Of a stretch of DNA of 64,000 bases, positions 1-38,734 are shown piece by piece. Where the stretch lies: NCBI GenBank assembly GCA_002269645.1, contig NIVC01001902.1, positions 62,001 through 126,000 on the forward strand, given 5' to 3'. The number at the start of each line of letters is the position of its first letter. Within the stretch, counting starts at the first letter, position 1. This DNA is from Macrostomum lignano. Its lineage: Eukaryota. The translations under genes and the position numbers were made by a program. The notes under the pieces are model-generated. The model worked only from the letters and a program-made list of their open reading frames with translations. It had not been told where the DNA came from and made no database searches.

Positions 1-48
1 AGACAGACAGACAGACAGACAGACAGATAAGCAGACAGACAGGCAGGC

Positions 49-79
<31 letters not shown>

Positions 80-96
80 TAAGCAGACAGAAAGGC

Positions 97-133
<37 letters not shown>

Positions 134-268
134 CTAAGACAGACAGATAAGCAGACAGACAGACAGACAGACAGATAAGCAGACAGACAGGCAGACAGAC
201 AGACAGAAAAACAGACGGATAAGCAGACAGACAGACAGACAGACGGACAGATAAGCAGACAGACAGGC

Positions 269-325
<57 letters not shown>

Positions 326-360
326 GGTAAGCAGACAGACAGACAGACAGACAGATAAGC

Positions 361-405
<45 letters not shown>

Positions 406-452
406 GCCAGACAGACAGGTAAGCAGACAGACAGACAGACAGACAGATAAGC

Positions 453-522
<70 letters not shown>

Positions 523-544
523 GCAGACAGACAGACAAACAGGC

Positions 545-577
<33 letters not shown>

Positions 578-639
578 CTAAGACAGACAGATAAGCAGAC
601 AGACAGGCAGACAGACAGACAGACAGACAGACAGACAGG

Positions 640-675
<36 letters not shown>

Positions 676-712
676 TAAGCAGACAGACAGACAGACAAAC
701 AGACAGATAAGC

Positions 713-760
<48 letters not shown>
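1..760. repeat. (AGAC)n microsatellite with agataagc interruptions
   Basis: Read directly; source of the SVCL ORF 134..538. Confidence 0.97.
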
Positions 761-774
761 GGCCAGTGGCTCAC

Positions 775-26228
<25,454 letters not shown>

Positions 26229-26291
26229 CTGGAGTCATTGGGAAGGGGTGTCGGAGTTCGTTTGGAGTCCCGGTTTTGCAATTATTGAAAT

Positions 26292-27010
26292 TCTGATCCC
26301 TGATCTGGGGATCTGATTCCTGTTTTGTGATTCTGATCCCTGTTTTTGGATTCTGATCCCTATTTTGGGATTCTGATCTCCCTGTTTTGGGATTCTGATC
26401 CCTATTTTGGGATTCTGATCTCCCTGTTTTGGGATTCTGATTTCCCTGTTTTGGGATTCTGATTTCCCTGTTTTGGGATTCTGATTTCCCTGTTTTGGGA
26501 TTCTGATTTCCCTGTTTTGGGATTCTGATTTCCCTGTTTTGGGATTCTGATTTCCCTGTTTTGGGATTCTGATTTCCCTGTTTTGGGATTCTGATCTCTC
26601 TGTTTTGGGATTCTGATCCCTGTTTTAGGATTCATATCCCTATCCTTGGGATTCTGATCCTTGTTTTGGGATTCTGATTCCTGTTTTAGGATTCATATCC
26701 CTATCCTTGGGATTCTGATCCCTGTTTTGGAATTCTGATCCCTGTTTTAGGATTCATATCCCTATCCTTGGGATTCCGATCCTTGTTTTGGGATTCTGAT
26801 CCCTGTTCTGGGATTCTGATCCCTGTTTTGGGATTCTGATCCCTGTTTTGGGGATTCATATCCCTACCTTTTGAGAATTGGGATTCTGATCCCTGTTCTG
26901 GGATTCTGATTTCTGTTTTGGGATTCTTATCCCTTTCTTTGGGATTCTGATCTCTGTTTTGGAATTCATATCCCTGTATCTTTAGGATTCTAAACCCTGT
27001 TTTGCGATTC
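26292..27010. repeat. 22-bp minisatellite ttttgggattctgatttccctg
   Basis: Read directly. Confidence 0.93.
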
Positions 27011-28044
27011 TTATCCCTATCTTAAGGAGTTACTGATCCAGCTATTACCGGCATTTCAAACCAGCATGCTGCAAATATTCTGCATATTATTTAACTCAAG
27101 CCCTATAAAGTTCACAGTCGATCCACACGGTCTAAGCATTAAAAAATCCATAATACCCGTAATTAGTACATTCTAACAAGCTCATATAAAAGTGCAGAGT
27201 CCATTATTTCTCCACTTAACATTAATAAGTTACAACTGTCATTCCTATTCAATCAATCATCATTTCCATCAATGAAATGCTTGAATGCTTTGAAGGCAGG
27301 AACAATTGACAATTATGATATTAAATCAAGTATAGTATTGCCATACATGTAGCGTTACTGCTAAGAGAAGCGTGTACAGAGAAAAGCATTATATTAGAAG
27401 CCCTAAATACTATGCACAGATCTGATTGACAGGTGCGCGAGGAAGGGTGGAAAGAGAAGCGAGAGGAAAGAGGGAAGGAATGACTGACTGAATGGGGCAA
27501 ATTCAGACTGTTCTATGCTCATGTTTAGTCACTGCCAGTCAGCCAGTGTTATAAAAAAGGAATAAGTGAGTCAGCCAGCCTCCTTAATTTCTCACCTTTA
27601 AACACATCTCAACGCAAACTGCATCAAACGCACAATGGTGTGAAGTAAGCTCTATTGTAGAACAAAGACCCGTCTCTTCCAGCTGACCAGCAACTAGCAG
27701 TGTTTGTTCTTTGTGAGAACTTTTCTCGCTAGAATTAGACAGCAGATTAACAAAGAGCCGCTGTTCAAACAATACTAAACTATTACTATGCAGAACTATT
27801 GTGGATACCGTAATATAATGAATTAGTCACCGAAATACCACAACAAGTAAACTCAAATTATAGAATTTATGCCGCACCGTGACTCAGACAGGAAAAAATA
27901 CAATTAACTAAGGACAGATCAGACAAAGAAGTACTTTATACAGGAAACAGGCTTCCAGTTACAGTTGCAAGATAAAATGCAAGTGGATTCGGAATTAGGA
28001 TAATCTTTCTTAACACTGCTTGAAAGCATTGATGGAGCAGCATA

Positions 28045-28585
28045 AGTAACTGAGGATCTGGGAGGCTGGCCCCAGTAACTGAGGATCTGGGAGGGTGGCC
28101 CCAGTAACTGAGGGTCTGGGAGGGTGGCTCAGCAACTGAGGATCTGGGAGGGTGGCCCCAGTACGCTCGTAACTGAGGATCTGGGAGGGTGGCCCCAGTA
28201 ACTGAGGATCTGGGAGGGTGGCCCCAGTAACTGAGGGTCTGGGAGGGTGGCTCAGCAACTGAGGATCTGGGAGGGTGGCCCCAGTAACTGAGGATCTAGG
28301 AGGGTGGCTCAGCAACTGAGGATCTGGGAGGCTGGCTCAGCAACTGAGGATCTGGGAGGGTGGACCCAGAAACTGAGGATCTGGGAGGGTGGACCCAGAA
28401 ACTGAGGAGCTGGGAGGGTGGACCCAGAAACTGAGGATCTGGGAGGGTGGACCCAGAAACTGAGGAGCTGGGAAGCTGACCCAGCAACTGAGGATCTGGG
28501 AAGCTGACCCAGCAACTGAGGATCTGGGAAGCTGACCCAGCAACTGAGGATCTGGGAAGCTGATTCAGCAACTGAGGATCTGAGA
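28045..28585 (+). repeat. 28-29-bp minisatellite aactgaggatctgggagg(c/g)tggccc(c)ag
   Basis: Read directly; reverse complement of the array at 33550-34610. Confidence 0.93.
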
Positions 28586-28687
28586 AGGTGCAGGCGACCC
28601 GAATTCAAGGACAGCCTTGAGACCGGGGAACGATACACGGACGGAAGGTAAGGCCACTCTTTGAACCCGTTTTTATCTTTTTCTTAC

Positions 28688-29544
28688 TCGAATAACCGCA
28701 AGGGTAAGCAGCCACAGAGATAATGCAATTGGCAATGACTCAGTCACTGTCGAAAATGTCCAATTTTACAACTTTAAACATAACTTGGTCTTTAACTCTT
28801 GTATACCCTGCCATGCACCTACTGTATAAGCTTGTGGGCGGCTAACTCCCGCCATGGGGCCACATGCGGCCAGCGAAGCCTCTATCTGGCCCTCGGGTCC
28901 TTTGAAAATTTAACAGTAGCAATCCGGCCAGCTTAAGGTTTGTGTCTCTTCTCTCGTCTCGTCTCTCATCTCCTCTCCTCTCCTCTCTCTTCTCTCGTCT
29001 CGTCTCACCTCTCCTCTCCTCTCCTCTCTCTTCTCTGGTCTCGTCTCTCCTCTCTCTTCTCTCGTCTCGTCTCACCTCTCCTCTCCTCTCCTCTCTCTTC
29101 TCTCGTCTCGTCTCTCCTCTCCTCTCCTCTCTCTTCTCTCGTCTCTCCTCTCCTCTCCTCTCCTCTCCTCTCCTCTCCTCTCCTCTCCTCTCCTCTCCTC
29201 TCCTCTCCTCTCCTCTCCTCTCCTCTCCTCTCCTCTCTCTTCTCTCCTCTTCTCTCCCATCTTCTCTCTTCTCCTCTCTACTCGCTTCTCTTCTCTCTCG
29301 TATCTTCTCTCCTATTCTCTCGTCTCCTATTCTCTCCTCTACTCCCCTGTCTCGCGACTCGACTCGTCTCTCCTCTCCTCTCTTCTTTTCTTCTATTCCC
29401 TCTCCTCTCTCCCCTCTTGTGGCCCCGGAGTCAAGCGCTAGATTCTCTATCTGGCCTTCGAGGTAAAATAAAAAAGTTTGCCCCGACCCCTTGGTATAAA
29501 TAAACTCATAAAAAAGCAAGGAGCCTGCCGCACTCACAGCGCCA
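28688..29544 (-). CDS. Candidate Dscam signal-peptide micro-exons (29538-29544, 7 nt; 28688-28746, 59 nt)
   Basis: Both have polypyrimidine/AG acceptors and GTGAGT or GTAAGA donors, and join to WRLTESLPIALSLWLLTLAVIR. No ATG is present, and a further phase 0-1 exon is needed to reach Ig1. Confidence 0.35.
28832..29493. mobile_element. Second copy of the hAT-like MITE with an expanded (ctcct)n interior
   Basis: Same left end (gggccacatgcggccagcgaagcctct...gaaaatttaacagtagcaatccggcc); right end agtttgccccgaccccttg; flanks gtataagc and gtataaat. Confidence 0.65.
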
Positions 29545-29974
29545 CTGTAAGAAGAGAGAGAGAGAGAGAGAGCATCATAAACACCGAAGGAACTCGGAAG
29601 CAACTTTGACCTTTGCTATCTCTAATTTGTCTATTAGTATGAACAGCGGCAGTTGAGGCAGTCGGGCAGGCAAAGCAGACTTTAGTCTGCACACCACCCT
29701 CCCTAAATATGCGCGCTGCGCAATTCCGTTTTAAAAAAAGACTTAACTCAACTACATGGCCTTCTAAAACACAATTAGAGATACCAGAACCCACTGCGCC
29801 GGGTTATGACAATTAATCAAGTGCGCTTTTCGGCACAGGAAATTATAGCATAAAGGTTCCTCTTATCTGTCTGAGAAGTGTTAAGTTTAGTTTTAGTAAG
29901 TTGAACAATGACATACCCGAGCTCTCTAAATCTAAAATAGACTTATAAAATGGAGTCCGATTCTATGTTATACA

Positions 29975-30335
29975 GCATGGACGTCGTGTCATAGCACATG
30001 TCATAGAACATGGACATGCCATGTCATAGCACATGTCATAGAACATAGCATGTCATGTCATAGCATGTCATAGAACATGGACATGCCATGTCAGAGCAAA
30101 TGTCATAGAACATGGACACGCCATTTCATAGCACATGTCATAGAACATGGATATGCCATGTCATAGCACATGTCATAGGCATGTACATGTCATGCCATAG
30201 CACTTCATAGAACATGGACATGTCATGCCATATAGCACATGTCATAAAGCATGGACATGTAATGTCAGAGCACATGTCATAGAACATGGACATGTAATGT
30301 CATAGCACATTTTATAGAACATGCTGTCATAGAAC
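29975..30335. repeat. catg-rich degenerate minisatellite (catgtcatagaacatgga)
   Basis: Read directly. Confidence 0.88.
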
Positions 30336-30987
30336 CTAATAACAAAAATATCTTTACAGTTCTGCTTACCGTTGTATAATAATAATCATATTAATCATAT
30401 TTCGCATAATTTTTAGTTCTCCACCCAGTTCATTTTTTGGGCGACGAGGAAGCAAGCCAGGGCCGGTTTTAAGGGAGAAAACTTCCCCCCCCCCACTCAG
30501 TCCCTGCTTTCCGTCTCCCTCCCTTCACTGTTCACTCTACCCTCAGAACCGTGCTCACGGGTTTTGAGTCAGGAGAGGAGAGCCGCTGCTGCTCTGCCCC
30601 ACCCTTCAACTGTACCAATTAATGCAAACCAAATGCCTCAGATTATGTATAACCTTGAGCTAGTGAGCATTTCCAGCTCACTCTCCCATAATATTCCCAA
30701 AATCTTCTCTCCCCCCCCCAATCGCCTTTTTTATGAATTCCCAAACTTCATTCAACCCTCTGAATAGCAAAGCAGAAAATTCTTCCCCTATACACTTTCT
30801 CTCCTCACGTCACCGTCACCACCCACCACTCTTCAGGCAGATCCTCTCACTCTGTGAGTCGCTGACTCAGTCAGGTATTTTGAGCAGTATGGGGCTGAGT
30901 AGCCGTTGACAATTTTATATCTAGAATATAGAGTTTGCAATTAATTTAGAAACTAGATCATATAATAATGATTAGTGCTTGATAATA

Positions 30988-32200
30988 GGACAACCTGACA
31001 GTTCATTTGACAATCCGACAGTTCATTAGACAACCCGACAGTTCATTTGACAATCCGACAGTTCATTAGACAACCCGACAGTTCATTTGACAATCCGACA
31101 GTTCATTTGACAACCCAACAGTTCATTAGACAACCCGACAGTTCATTTGACAACCCGACAGTTCATTTGACAATCCGACAGTTCATTTAACAACCCAACA
31201 GCTCATTAGACAACCCGACAGTTCATTTAACAACCCGACAGTTCATTTGACAATCCGACAGTTCATTACACAACCCGACAGTTCATTTAACAACCCGACA
31301 GTTCATTTAACAACCCGACAGTTCATTTAACAACCCGACAGTTCATTTAACAACCTGACAGTTCATTTGACAATCCGACAGTTCATTAGACAACCCGACA
31401 GTTCATTTGACAATCCGACAGTTCATTAGACAACCCGACAGTTCATTTGACAATCCGACAGTTCATTTAACAACCCAACAGCTCATTAGACAACCCGACA
31501 GTTCATTTAACAACCCGACAGTTCATTTGACAATCCGACAGTTCATTACACAACCCGACAGTTCATTTAACAACCCGACAGTTCATTTAACAACCCGACA
31601 GTTCATTTAACAACCCGACAGTTCATTTAACAACCCGCAGTTCATTTAACAACCCGACAGTTCATTTGACAACCCGACAGTTCATTAGACAACCCGACAG
31701 TTCATTTGACAACCCGACAGTTCATTTAACAATCCGACAGTTCATTTAACAACCCAACAGCTCATTAGACAAACCGACAGTTCATTTAACAACCCGACAG
31801 TTCATTAGACAACCCAACAGTTCATTACACAACCCGACAATTCATTTAACAACCCGCAGTTCATTTAACAAGTAACAACCCGACAGTTCATTTAACAACC
31901 CGACAGTTTATTTAACAACCCAAAAGTTCATTTAACAACCCGAAAGTTCATTTAACAACCTGACAATTCATTTAACAACCCGACAGTTCATTTGACAACC
32001 CGACAGTTCATTTAACAACCCGACAGTTCATTTAACAACCCGACAGTTTATTTAACAACCCGACAGTTCATTTGACAACCCGACAGTTCATTTAACAACC
32101 CGACAGTTCATTTAACAACCCGACAGTTTATTTAACAACCCGACAGTTCATTTAACAACCCGACAGTTCATTTGACAACCCGACAGTTCATTTGACAACC
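30988..32200. repeat. 20-bp minisatellite caacccgacagttcatttaa
   Basis: Read directly; about 60 copies. Confidence 0.96.
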
Positions 32201-33549
32201 TATAGTGACTGTGTCTGAATTCTGTTAATGCAAAGTTGCCAAACTGACTGACAGACTGACTGACAAGTTTACAAAGATCAGAAAGTTTCGCTTACGATTG
32301 ATTACAAGAAGTCATACTCGAATTACTGCGAGTCACCGTAATATCACCGTTCAAACTTAATTGATCGCTGCTCTATAGTGTAAGCTTTCTAACGTAAATG
32401 AGTAGAGAGCTATCGAGTGTATTAAAGTGAGAGAAAACTGTCACTCTATGCATTCTAGACAGAAACGCATTAGCGATGGCCTCGTCGCCAAAAGAAAGAA
32501 AGCCACCAGGCAGACAGGCAAAGTCAAACAACATTCTGCTTTTAAGCGCATTATGCAGACTATATGTGGTGTATTACAACCTGGAACAGGCCATACAGGT
32601 GTGTGCGCCTCTGCCCCTCCCACATGACCTGGTCCTGTTCTTGTCACCTACCTCACCCTGGCTGTTTGCCAACTGCTTCTAAAAGCAGAAAGATTTCTAT
32701 TAAAGAATCTTTAAAAAATGGGATGCTGCTGTCGGCCTGCAGAAACTTGGAAGGAATGGAAGGGAAATTCTTCACCGACTTCGTGCCCGCCAACTATAAG
32801 TTTGTCATGGTTTCTGTGCATGTGTGTGTGTCTCTTACTAATTTTTTGCTTTCTCTCCTGCCAGATGCAAGCGCTTGAAGCAGAAGACAGTCTCCTGCAG
32901 CGGTCAAGCGGCAGCCAAGCGGCTCCTTCTACCCTGCAGTCTCCCAGATTTTGTCAATCACGGAGCGCGGGACGCGGAAAAAGTATAGGTGGGGGGAGGT
33001 CTCCTGCAGTCCAGACTCTTCCTCATCATCCCTCATGCCTGCCTGCCTGTTTTGGCAGAGGATGGAAAATTGGTAAATCTAATTCATTCGTCACAACACG
33101 CAGGCCTTCCTATAGCACTAGCACTCTCTCGCTTTACACTGTTTTCTGGCACAGATTCGGACTATGGGTTCGGGTTCCGTTGGGTTGCTGCTGTTGCTGC
33201 CTCCGCCTCCCACTTGAATCCAACATCGATCGATCCCATAACAAAGTCCTCAACTGCTCCCTCCTATTAATATTTAGCCGCTTAGCTGGACCAAAAAACG
33301 GAAAAGGAGAGAAGGGGCACGGAAAAAAACTGCTACAGTACAGTTCCGCCTTTTTGATTTATCACAGCCCAGTATAGCGGTATGAATGCATTGGGGTTCC
33401 TTGGTGGAAAGGGAATCCCGTTAGCCATATGTACGCTTTTATCAGTAATCCATGCACAATCAGATCTGTTTTGGCATTCCAAACATTGAATTCAAAGTTT
33501 TTGTTGCTCGACTAGTGGCCACTGCTGCACCCTCTCAGTTCCTCACTTG

Positions 33550-34612
33550 CTGGGCTGTCAGCCTCCCAGATCCTCAGTTTCTGGGCCAGCCTCCAAGATC
33601 CTCAGTTTCTGGGCCAGCCTCCAAGATCCTAAGTTTCTGGGCCAGCCTCCCAGATCCTCAGTTGCTGGGCCAGCCTCCCAGATCCTCAGTTTCTGGGCCA
33701 GCCTCCAAGATCCTCAGTTTCTGGGCCAGCCTCCAAGATCCTAAGTTTCTGGGCCAGCCTCCCAGATCCTCAGTTGCTGGGCTAGCCTCCCAGATCCTCA
33801 GTTGCTGAGCCAGCCTCCCAGATCCTCAGTTGCTGAGCCAGCCTCCCAGATCCTCAGTTGCTGAGCCAGCCTCCCAGATCCTCAGTTACTGGGGCCATCC
33901 TCCCAGATCCTCAGTTACTGGGGCCAGCCTCCCAGATCCTCAGTTACTGGGGCCAGCCTCCCAGATCCTCAGTTGCTGAGCCAGCCTCCCAGATCCTCAG
34001 TTGCTGAGCCAGCCTCCCAGATCCTCAGTTGCTGGGCCAGCCTCCAAGATCCTCAGTTTCTGGGCCAGCCTCCCAGATCCTCAGTTGCTGGGCCAGCCTC
34101 CCAGATCCTCAGTTTCTGGGCCAGCCTCCCAGATCCTCAGTTGCTGGGCCAGCCTCCCGGATCCTCAGTTGCTGAGCCAGCCTCCCAGATCCTCAGTTAC
34201 TGGGGCCAGCCTCCCAGATCCTCAATTACTGGGCTACCCTCCCAGATCCTCAGTTGCTGAGCCAGCCTCCCAGATCCTTAGTTGCTGAGCCACCAGCCTC
34301 CCAGATCCTCAGTTACTGAGCCACCACTCCACCAGCCTCCCAGATCCTTAGTTGCTGAGCCACCAGCCTCCCAGATCCTCAGTTGCTAGGGGCTCCCTCC
34401 CAGATCCTCAGTTGCTGGGCCAGCCTCCCAGATCCTCAGTTGCTAGGGGCTCCCTCCCAGATCCTCAGTTGCTGGGCCAGCCTCCCAGATCCTCAGTTGC
34501 TAGGGGCTCCCTCCCAGATCCTCAGTTGCTAGGGGCTCCCTCCCAGATCCTCAGTTGCTAGGGGCTCCCTCCCAGATCCTCAGTTGCTAGGGGCTCCCTC
34601 CCATATTCTCAG
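33550..34612 (-). repeat. 28-29-bp minisatellite cctcccagatcctcagttgctgggccag
   Basis: Read directly; inverted relative to 28045-28585. Confidence 0.95.
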
Positions 34613-34645
34613 TTCACTGTTTTACAGATTTGATTAAACTTGAAA

Positions 34646-34750
34646 GCGGTTAGAGCGTCACACTTGCGACTTGAAGGTCGGAGGTTCGATTCCTGATCAC
34701 ACTGGAGTCTGTCAGTCTGGTTCGTCTATAGTTCACCCAGCTATAAAATG
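34646..34750 (+). mobile_element. tRNA-derived SINE-like fragment
   Basis: gcggttagagc (3' part of A box), ggttcgattcc (B box, 34683-34693), then gttcacccagctataaaatg resembling invertebrate SINE central domains. Confidence 0.55.
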
Positions 34751-36465
34751 TCGCTTGCACATCTGCCCATTATCAATTATTACATTATTATTATTGAAAA
34801 TTCAAATGCAAAGTTTTTACTCACTGTCTTGGATCACGAGAGTGGCCGATCGGCCGAGTAATAATAACAATCCGAGCGCGCATATTTGAATCGAAAGTGT
34901 CCAGGAAGTGCAGCTCCAATGCTGAGGCATTATTCAATTCAGCTGACGGAATTATATTCTTTCTTTGACAATTAAAAACTAATTAAGAATATAAAATAAA
35001 TTAATTGGCTATAAATTCAATATTGAACTTGGCCGCTTCGTCCGGCATAGCTGGCTTAATTCTTAATCTCTGTTACAACCAGTGCTTCGTAAGTCTGTAG
35101 ATTAACAAAATGCCGATAGCTTGACGTCAAAAGTACAAATTAGTAGAAGCCCGAAGCCGCGCGCAATGAAACTCGCTTTGGACGCGGCAGATATGCACAA
35201 GGCTGCCTGATTTTGCCTATATATGTGCGCGCGTGCGAGCTGTTCTTGCGGTTAAGGCGCTTCTGTTAGGCTGGGCTTCGGGTTGGGGTGGGAGCCTGAG
35301 CCGGAGAGGTTGGGGCTGGCTTTTGGGGAGACGAGAGCCAAGAAGACAGAGAGGGCAGGGCATTAGTCGGTGGGAGAGACAGCTGCCGTTGGACCTTCCT
35401 TTTTCTTCTTATCGGAGAACGGAGGCTGGAGAGGCGAGAGGGCGAACTTGCTGGCTAGCTTGAGGAGGAGAGGTTGGCAGGGAATCGCCAAGGCAAAAAC
35501 TAAAGGATGCAAATGCAGGAAAGGGAGAGAAATATACGGTCAGAGAGCCGTTGTAAGAGCTTAACGCCGCTTTTAACTAATGCGCCTAGTCCGCACTAGA
35601 TGTCGCTTGCAGCAGGGAGGGGTTGCGTCGTTCCGGAGGAGAGAAATAGGCCAAAATAAGGCAAGGGAAACTGCGCCGAGTACTGAGCGACTGACGGGTT
35701 AGGAAGAGAACTGGCGAGTGTAAGAGATGTTGCAGCACAAGCGCTTTGCCTCAATACTGGGCTTTCCAGGCTTGTATTTCAGTTCGCCCGCAAGTTTAGG
35801 TCATAAGGGCTTGAGGGGCCGTGCGCGCACATGCGGGTGCTTCCTCAATTTCCTCTCCTCTTTGCAGTTCATTCCTATCCCCGCGGGGGGTCGGCCGGAT
35901 TGGACGGGTAAACCCCCCCTGCCACCCCCACTGGCGGAGGAGGGGTGGCTGCCTATGTACATTGAGTCCTGGACATTCTCCGCTTTTCCATTCATTACCT
36001 AAACCCCACCCTTTCCCCCTGGACTGAACTGGCCGTATGTTTGGCTAAACCCCCAATGGCCTTAGCCTTAGTCAGTGTTTATTGCCCATATACAGTAATT
36101 CTGGCTTGGCTGGGGAGGGGACCGGCTGAGGAAAACCCAGCTTTTGGGGAGAATCGAAGGGGAACTGAAGGGGAGCTGAAGAGGTCACTTGCGACGCGTC
36201 ACATTTAACGACACAACGCACAAGTCACAATACAACGGAACAGAATAAAGGAATTCCTGCTGCATTTACTAGCTTATAATTGCTCGTAAACTGCATCTTC
36301 TAAGCATATTGCTGCCCCATAATAATTCGCCCGTAAATCATGTTCTTTTTCGACTTAGTGAGAATGAGAAAATAATGCAACTCAATATCACTTTTAAACA
36401 GTTCTTTAGCTATCTGCATGCATGCTATGTATGCCTATTTACATTACATATCATTGCAACTATGT

Positions 36466-36747
36466 CAGGGGTGGGCCAACTCCGGCTCACGGGCCACATG
36501 CGGCCCCGCAAAGCCTCTCTATCCGGCCCTCGGGTCATTTGAAACTTCGCAATAGCAATAGGTTGGTGTCTATTCTCCTCTCTCTACTCAATTTTCTCTT
36601 TCCTCTCACTTCTCTTGTCTCCTCTCCCATTTATTCCCAGGCCATTCCTTTCTCCTATCTATCTTCTCTCTTCTCTATTTCCTCTCCTCTCCCCGCTCTG
36701 CCCCGCAGTCATTCGCTCGGTTCTTTACAAGAGTTTGCCGACCTCTG
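36466..36747. mobile_element. hAT (Charlie-like) MITE with a pyrimidine-rich interior
   Basis: TIR caggggtgggccaact and agtttgccgacctctg; 8-bp TSD aactatgt and cactatgt (7/8); Charlie-type subterminal gggccacatgcggccc. Confidence 0.8.
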
Positions 36748-37824
36748 CACTATGTGACTTCACTCAGACTGTTAAAATGGGGGAAGTCTACGAATACGAC
36801 TCGAGCTCGCAGCTTAACCAAAACTTTCCGAAATCTCATCGAACTTTCTATCTCCCCACAAGCTGATTCATTTAAGATCCGCGGGGAGGGGCCGTCTTGC
36901 TGTGCTGTGCCTGTGCTGTCCAACCCGTTGCCACTCGGGTGATGAAGTGGGGGACTAAAGGGGGGAGCGGGTCGACTTCTTCAACCCTCGAAATGGGGAT
37001 AAGACTATAAAGTAAGGGTAGGCATAGGAGGAGCTTATATATAGGCCAGGAGTGGTTTTGTAAGTCAGCTGAGCTCAACAACGGCAACTGAGCTGCGAAA
37101 GATATAAATCAGTTTGATGAAGGAAAACACTTTAGTGCTAGTGTGGGACTTTGCAGCCATCGCACTGATTTTTTTTTGGGGGGGGGGTGTATCGACCCTA
37201 CTATCCGATCCCGCGTCACTTTTTATCCCATTCCCAAAAATGGGCTTGGCCTATAAGAAGCCCCATCCCCATAGATCTATGCAGCTAGAGACAGCACGTC
37301 GAACTTATTTTTATACTCGGCTCTGCCTGATCCGATTACCAGGGGCAAGAGAGCATCAATACCCCCATCACAATCGGTTGACAAAAGTACACGGCACCTC
37401 TGGTTCTGGCGCCTCTAAGGCTGGCGCCTCTGGTGCTAGCGTCTCCTGGTTATGGCGCCTCTGGTGCTGGTTGCCTTTGGTTATGGCGCCTCTGGTGCTG
37501 GTTGCCTTTGCTTATTGCGCCTCTGTTGCTGGCGCCTCTCTAGCTGGCGCTTCTGAATAATTTGTCATCAGCTCTCTCCGTCCATCCGTCGGGCTGCCGG
37601 TCAGCCACCGCCCCTTCCCTCAAATCCTTCATCAGCTATTCTCGCTTTGTAAGCAATAATACATAACGTGTGCAAAATGAGAAAAAATTGGGGAACGGGT
37701 TTGATAATAAACCGCTGATTGATGATTAATAACCATTATCTGCAGCTAAATACACGTAAACTAGCGCAGCAATAAATTAAAGTCTCGAAGTACTTATAAT
37801 ATATGTTCGAAAATCTTGGGATCA

Positions 37825-38008
37825 AGAGGCACTGGGTGGCACCCCCACTGAGGGATCAAGACTAAGAGGCACTGGGTGGCACCCCCACTGACGGATCTGA
37901 GGACAGGGGGTAGCAGCCCCATTTAGGGATCTGAGGACAGGGGGTAGCACCCCCACTTAGGGATCTGAGGGCAGGGGGTAGCATCCCCACTGAGGGATCT
38001 GAGGGCAG
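37825..38008 (+). repeat. 34-bp minisatellite ctgagggatctgagggcagggggtagcaccccca (short array)
   Basis: Read directly; inverted relative to 38735-39425. Confidence 0.85.
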
Positions 38009-38734
38009 TAGTCCTCTCAGTGATCAAAGACACAAGGGGGAAGGCACAGATTGTAAATCACTTTCTTCTAATCTAATTCTAAACTCACTTAAGGAAAGAG
38101 TGAATGAGATCAAAATGAAGCATTTTATTGAAATTAGATCGTTTGATAAAATACACATTGAACTCTACTGCAAGTATCACAGCAAAGTAAATAGCAATAG
38201 ATTTGTGTTGTTTTTGTCCAAACTCAGTTTAGCGTCAGAAAATAATGGCAAGTTAAAACCGGAACCGTATTTCAGACTCGTTGGTTGAAAAACTTCTCCA
38301 ACGATTTAGCACTCCAGAGAAACGCACACAGCCAGTTGTATTTCCAAACAAAGAACTAAAGTTAATAATTTGTAATGCCTTAAAATGTTTATTTAACTAA
38401 CAGGACGGATTTATGGTAGCAAAGTTATAAAACCCTGAAAGAAATAAAAAACTGTAAACAAACAATAGTATTGAAACAACTCAGTAATAACACTAAATTT
38501 CCTGCTACAGGTTGGAATAAACAAAAGAGAAAGTCATTACAAGCAATTAGTTTAAAATAAAAGCAACACTAAGATAAAGTATTAAATAAAAAACACAATT
38601 AATTCATCTACACCAGTTGAATTTGCAGAGAACAGTTTAGCGCGTGAAGACAAAAAAGCAATTTCTTGGAAATTATGGGACCTCTTCTGCTTCTCATATA
38701 TGTAACTGCTCTATCATAACAGATCCCATGAGAA

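Noticed and set aside
28586-28650. Plus-strand RYTDG segment as an RNase H start
   Set aside because: It is too short, and no further RT or RNase H motifs follow.
29534-29794. ORF ending MMLSLSLSLLTVAL as the Dscam signal peptide
   Set aside because: The hydrophobicity comes from a (CT)n tract that looks like an acceptor, and its phase-2 donor fits no downstream exon I found.
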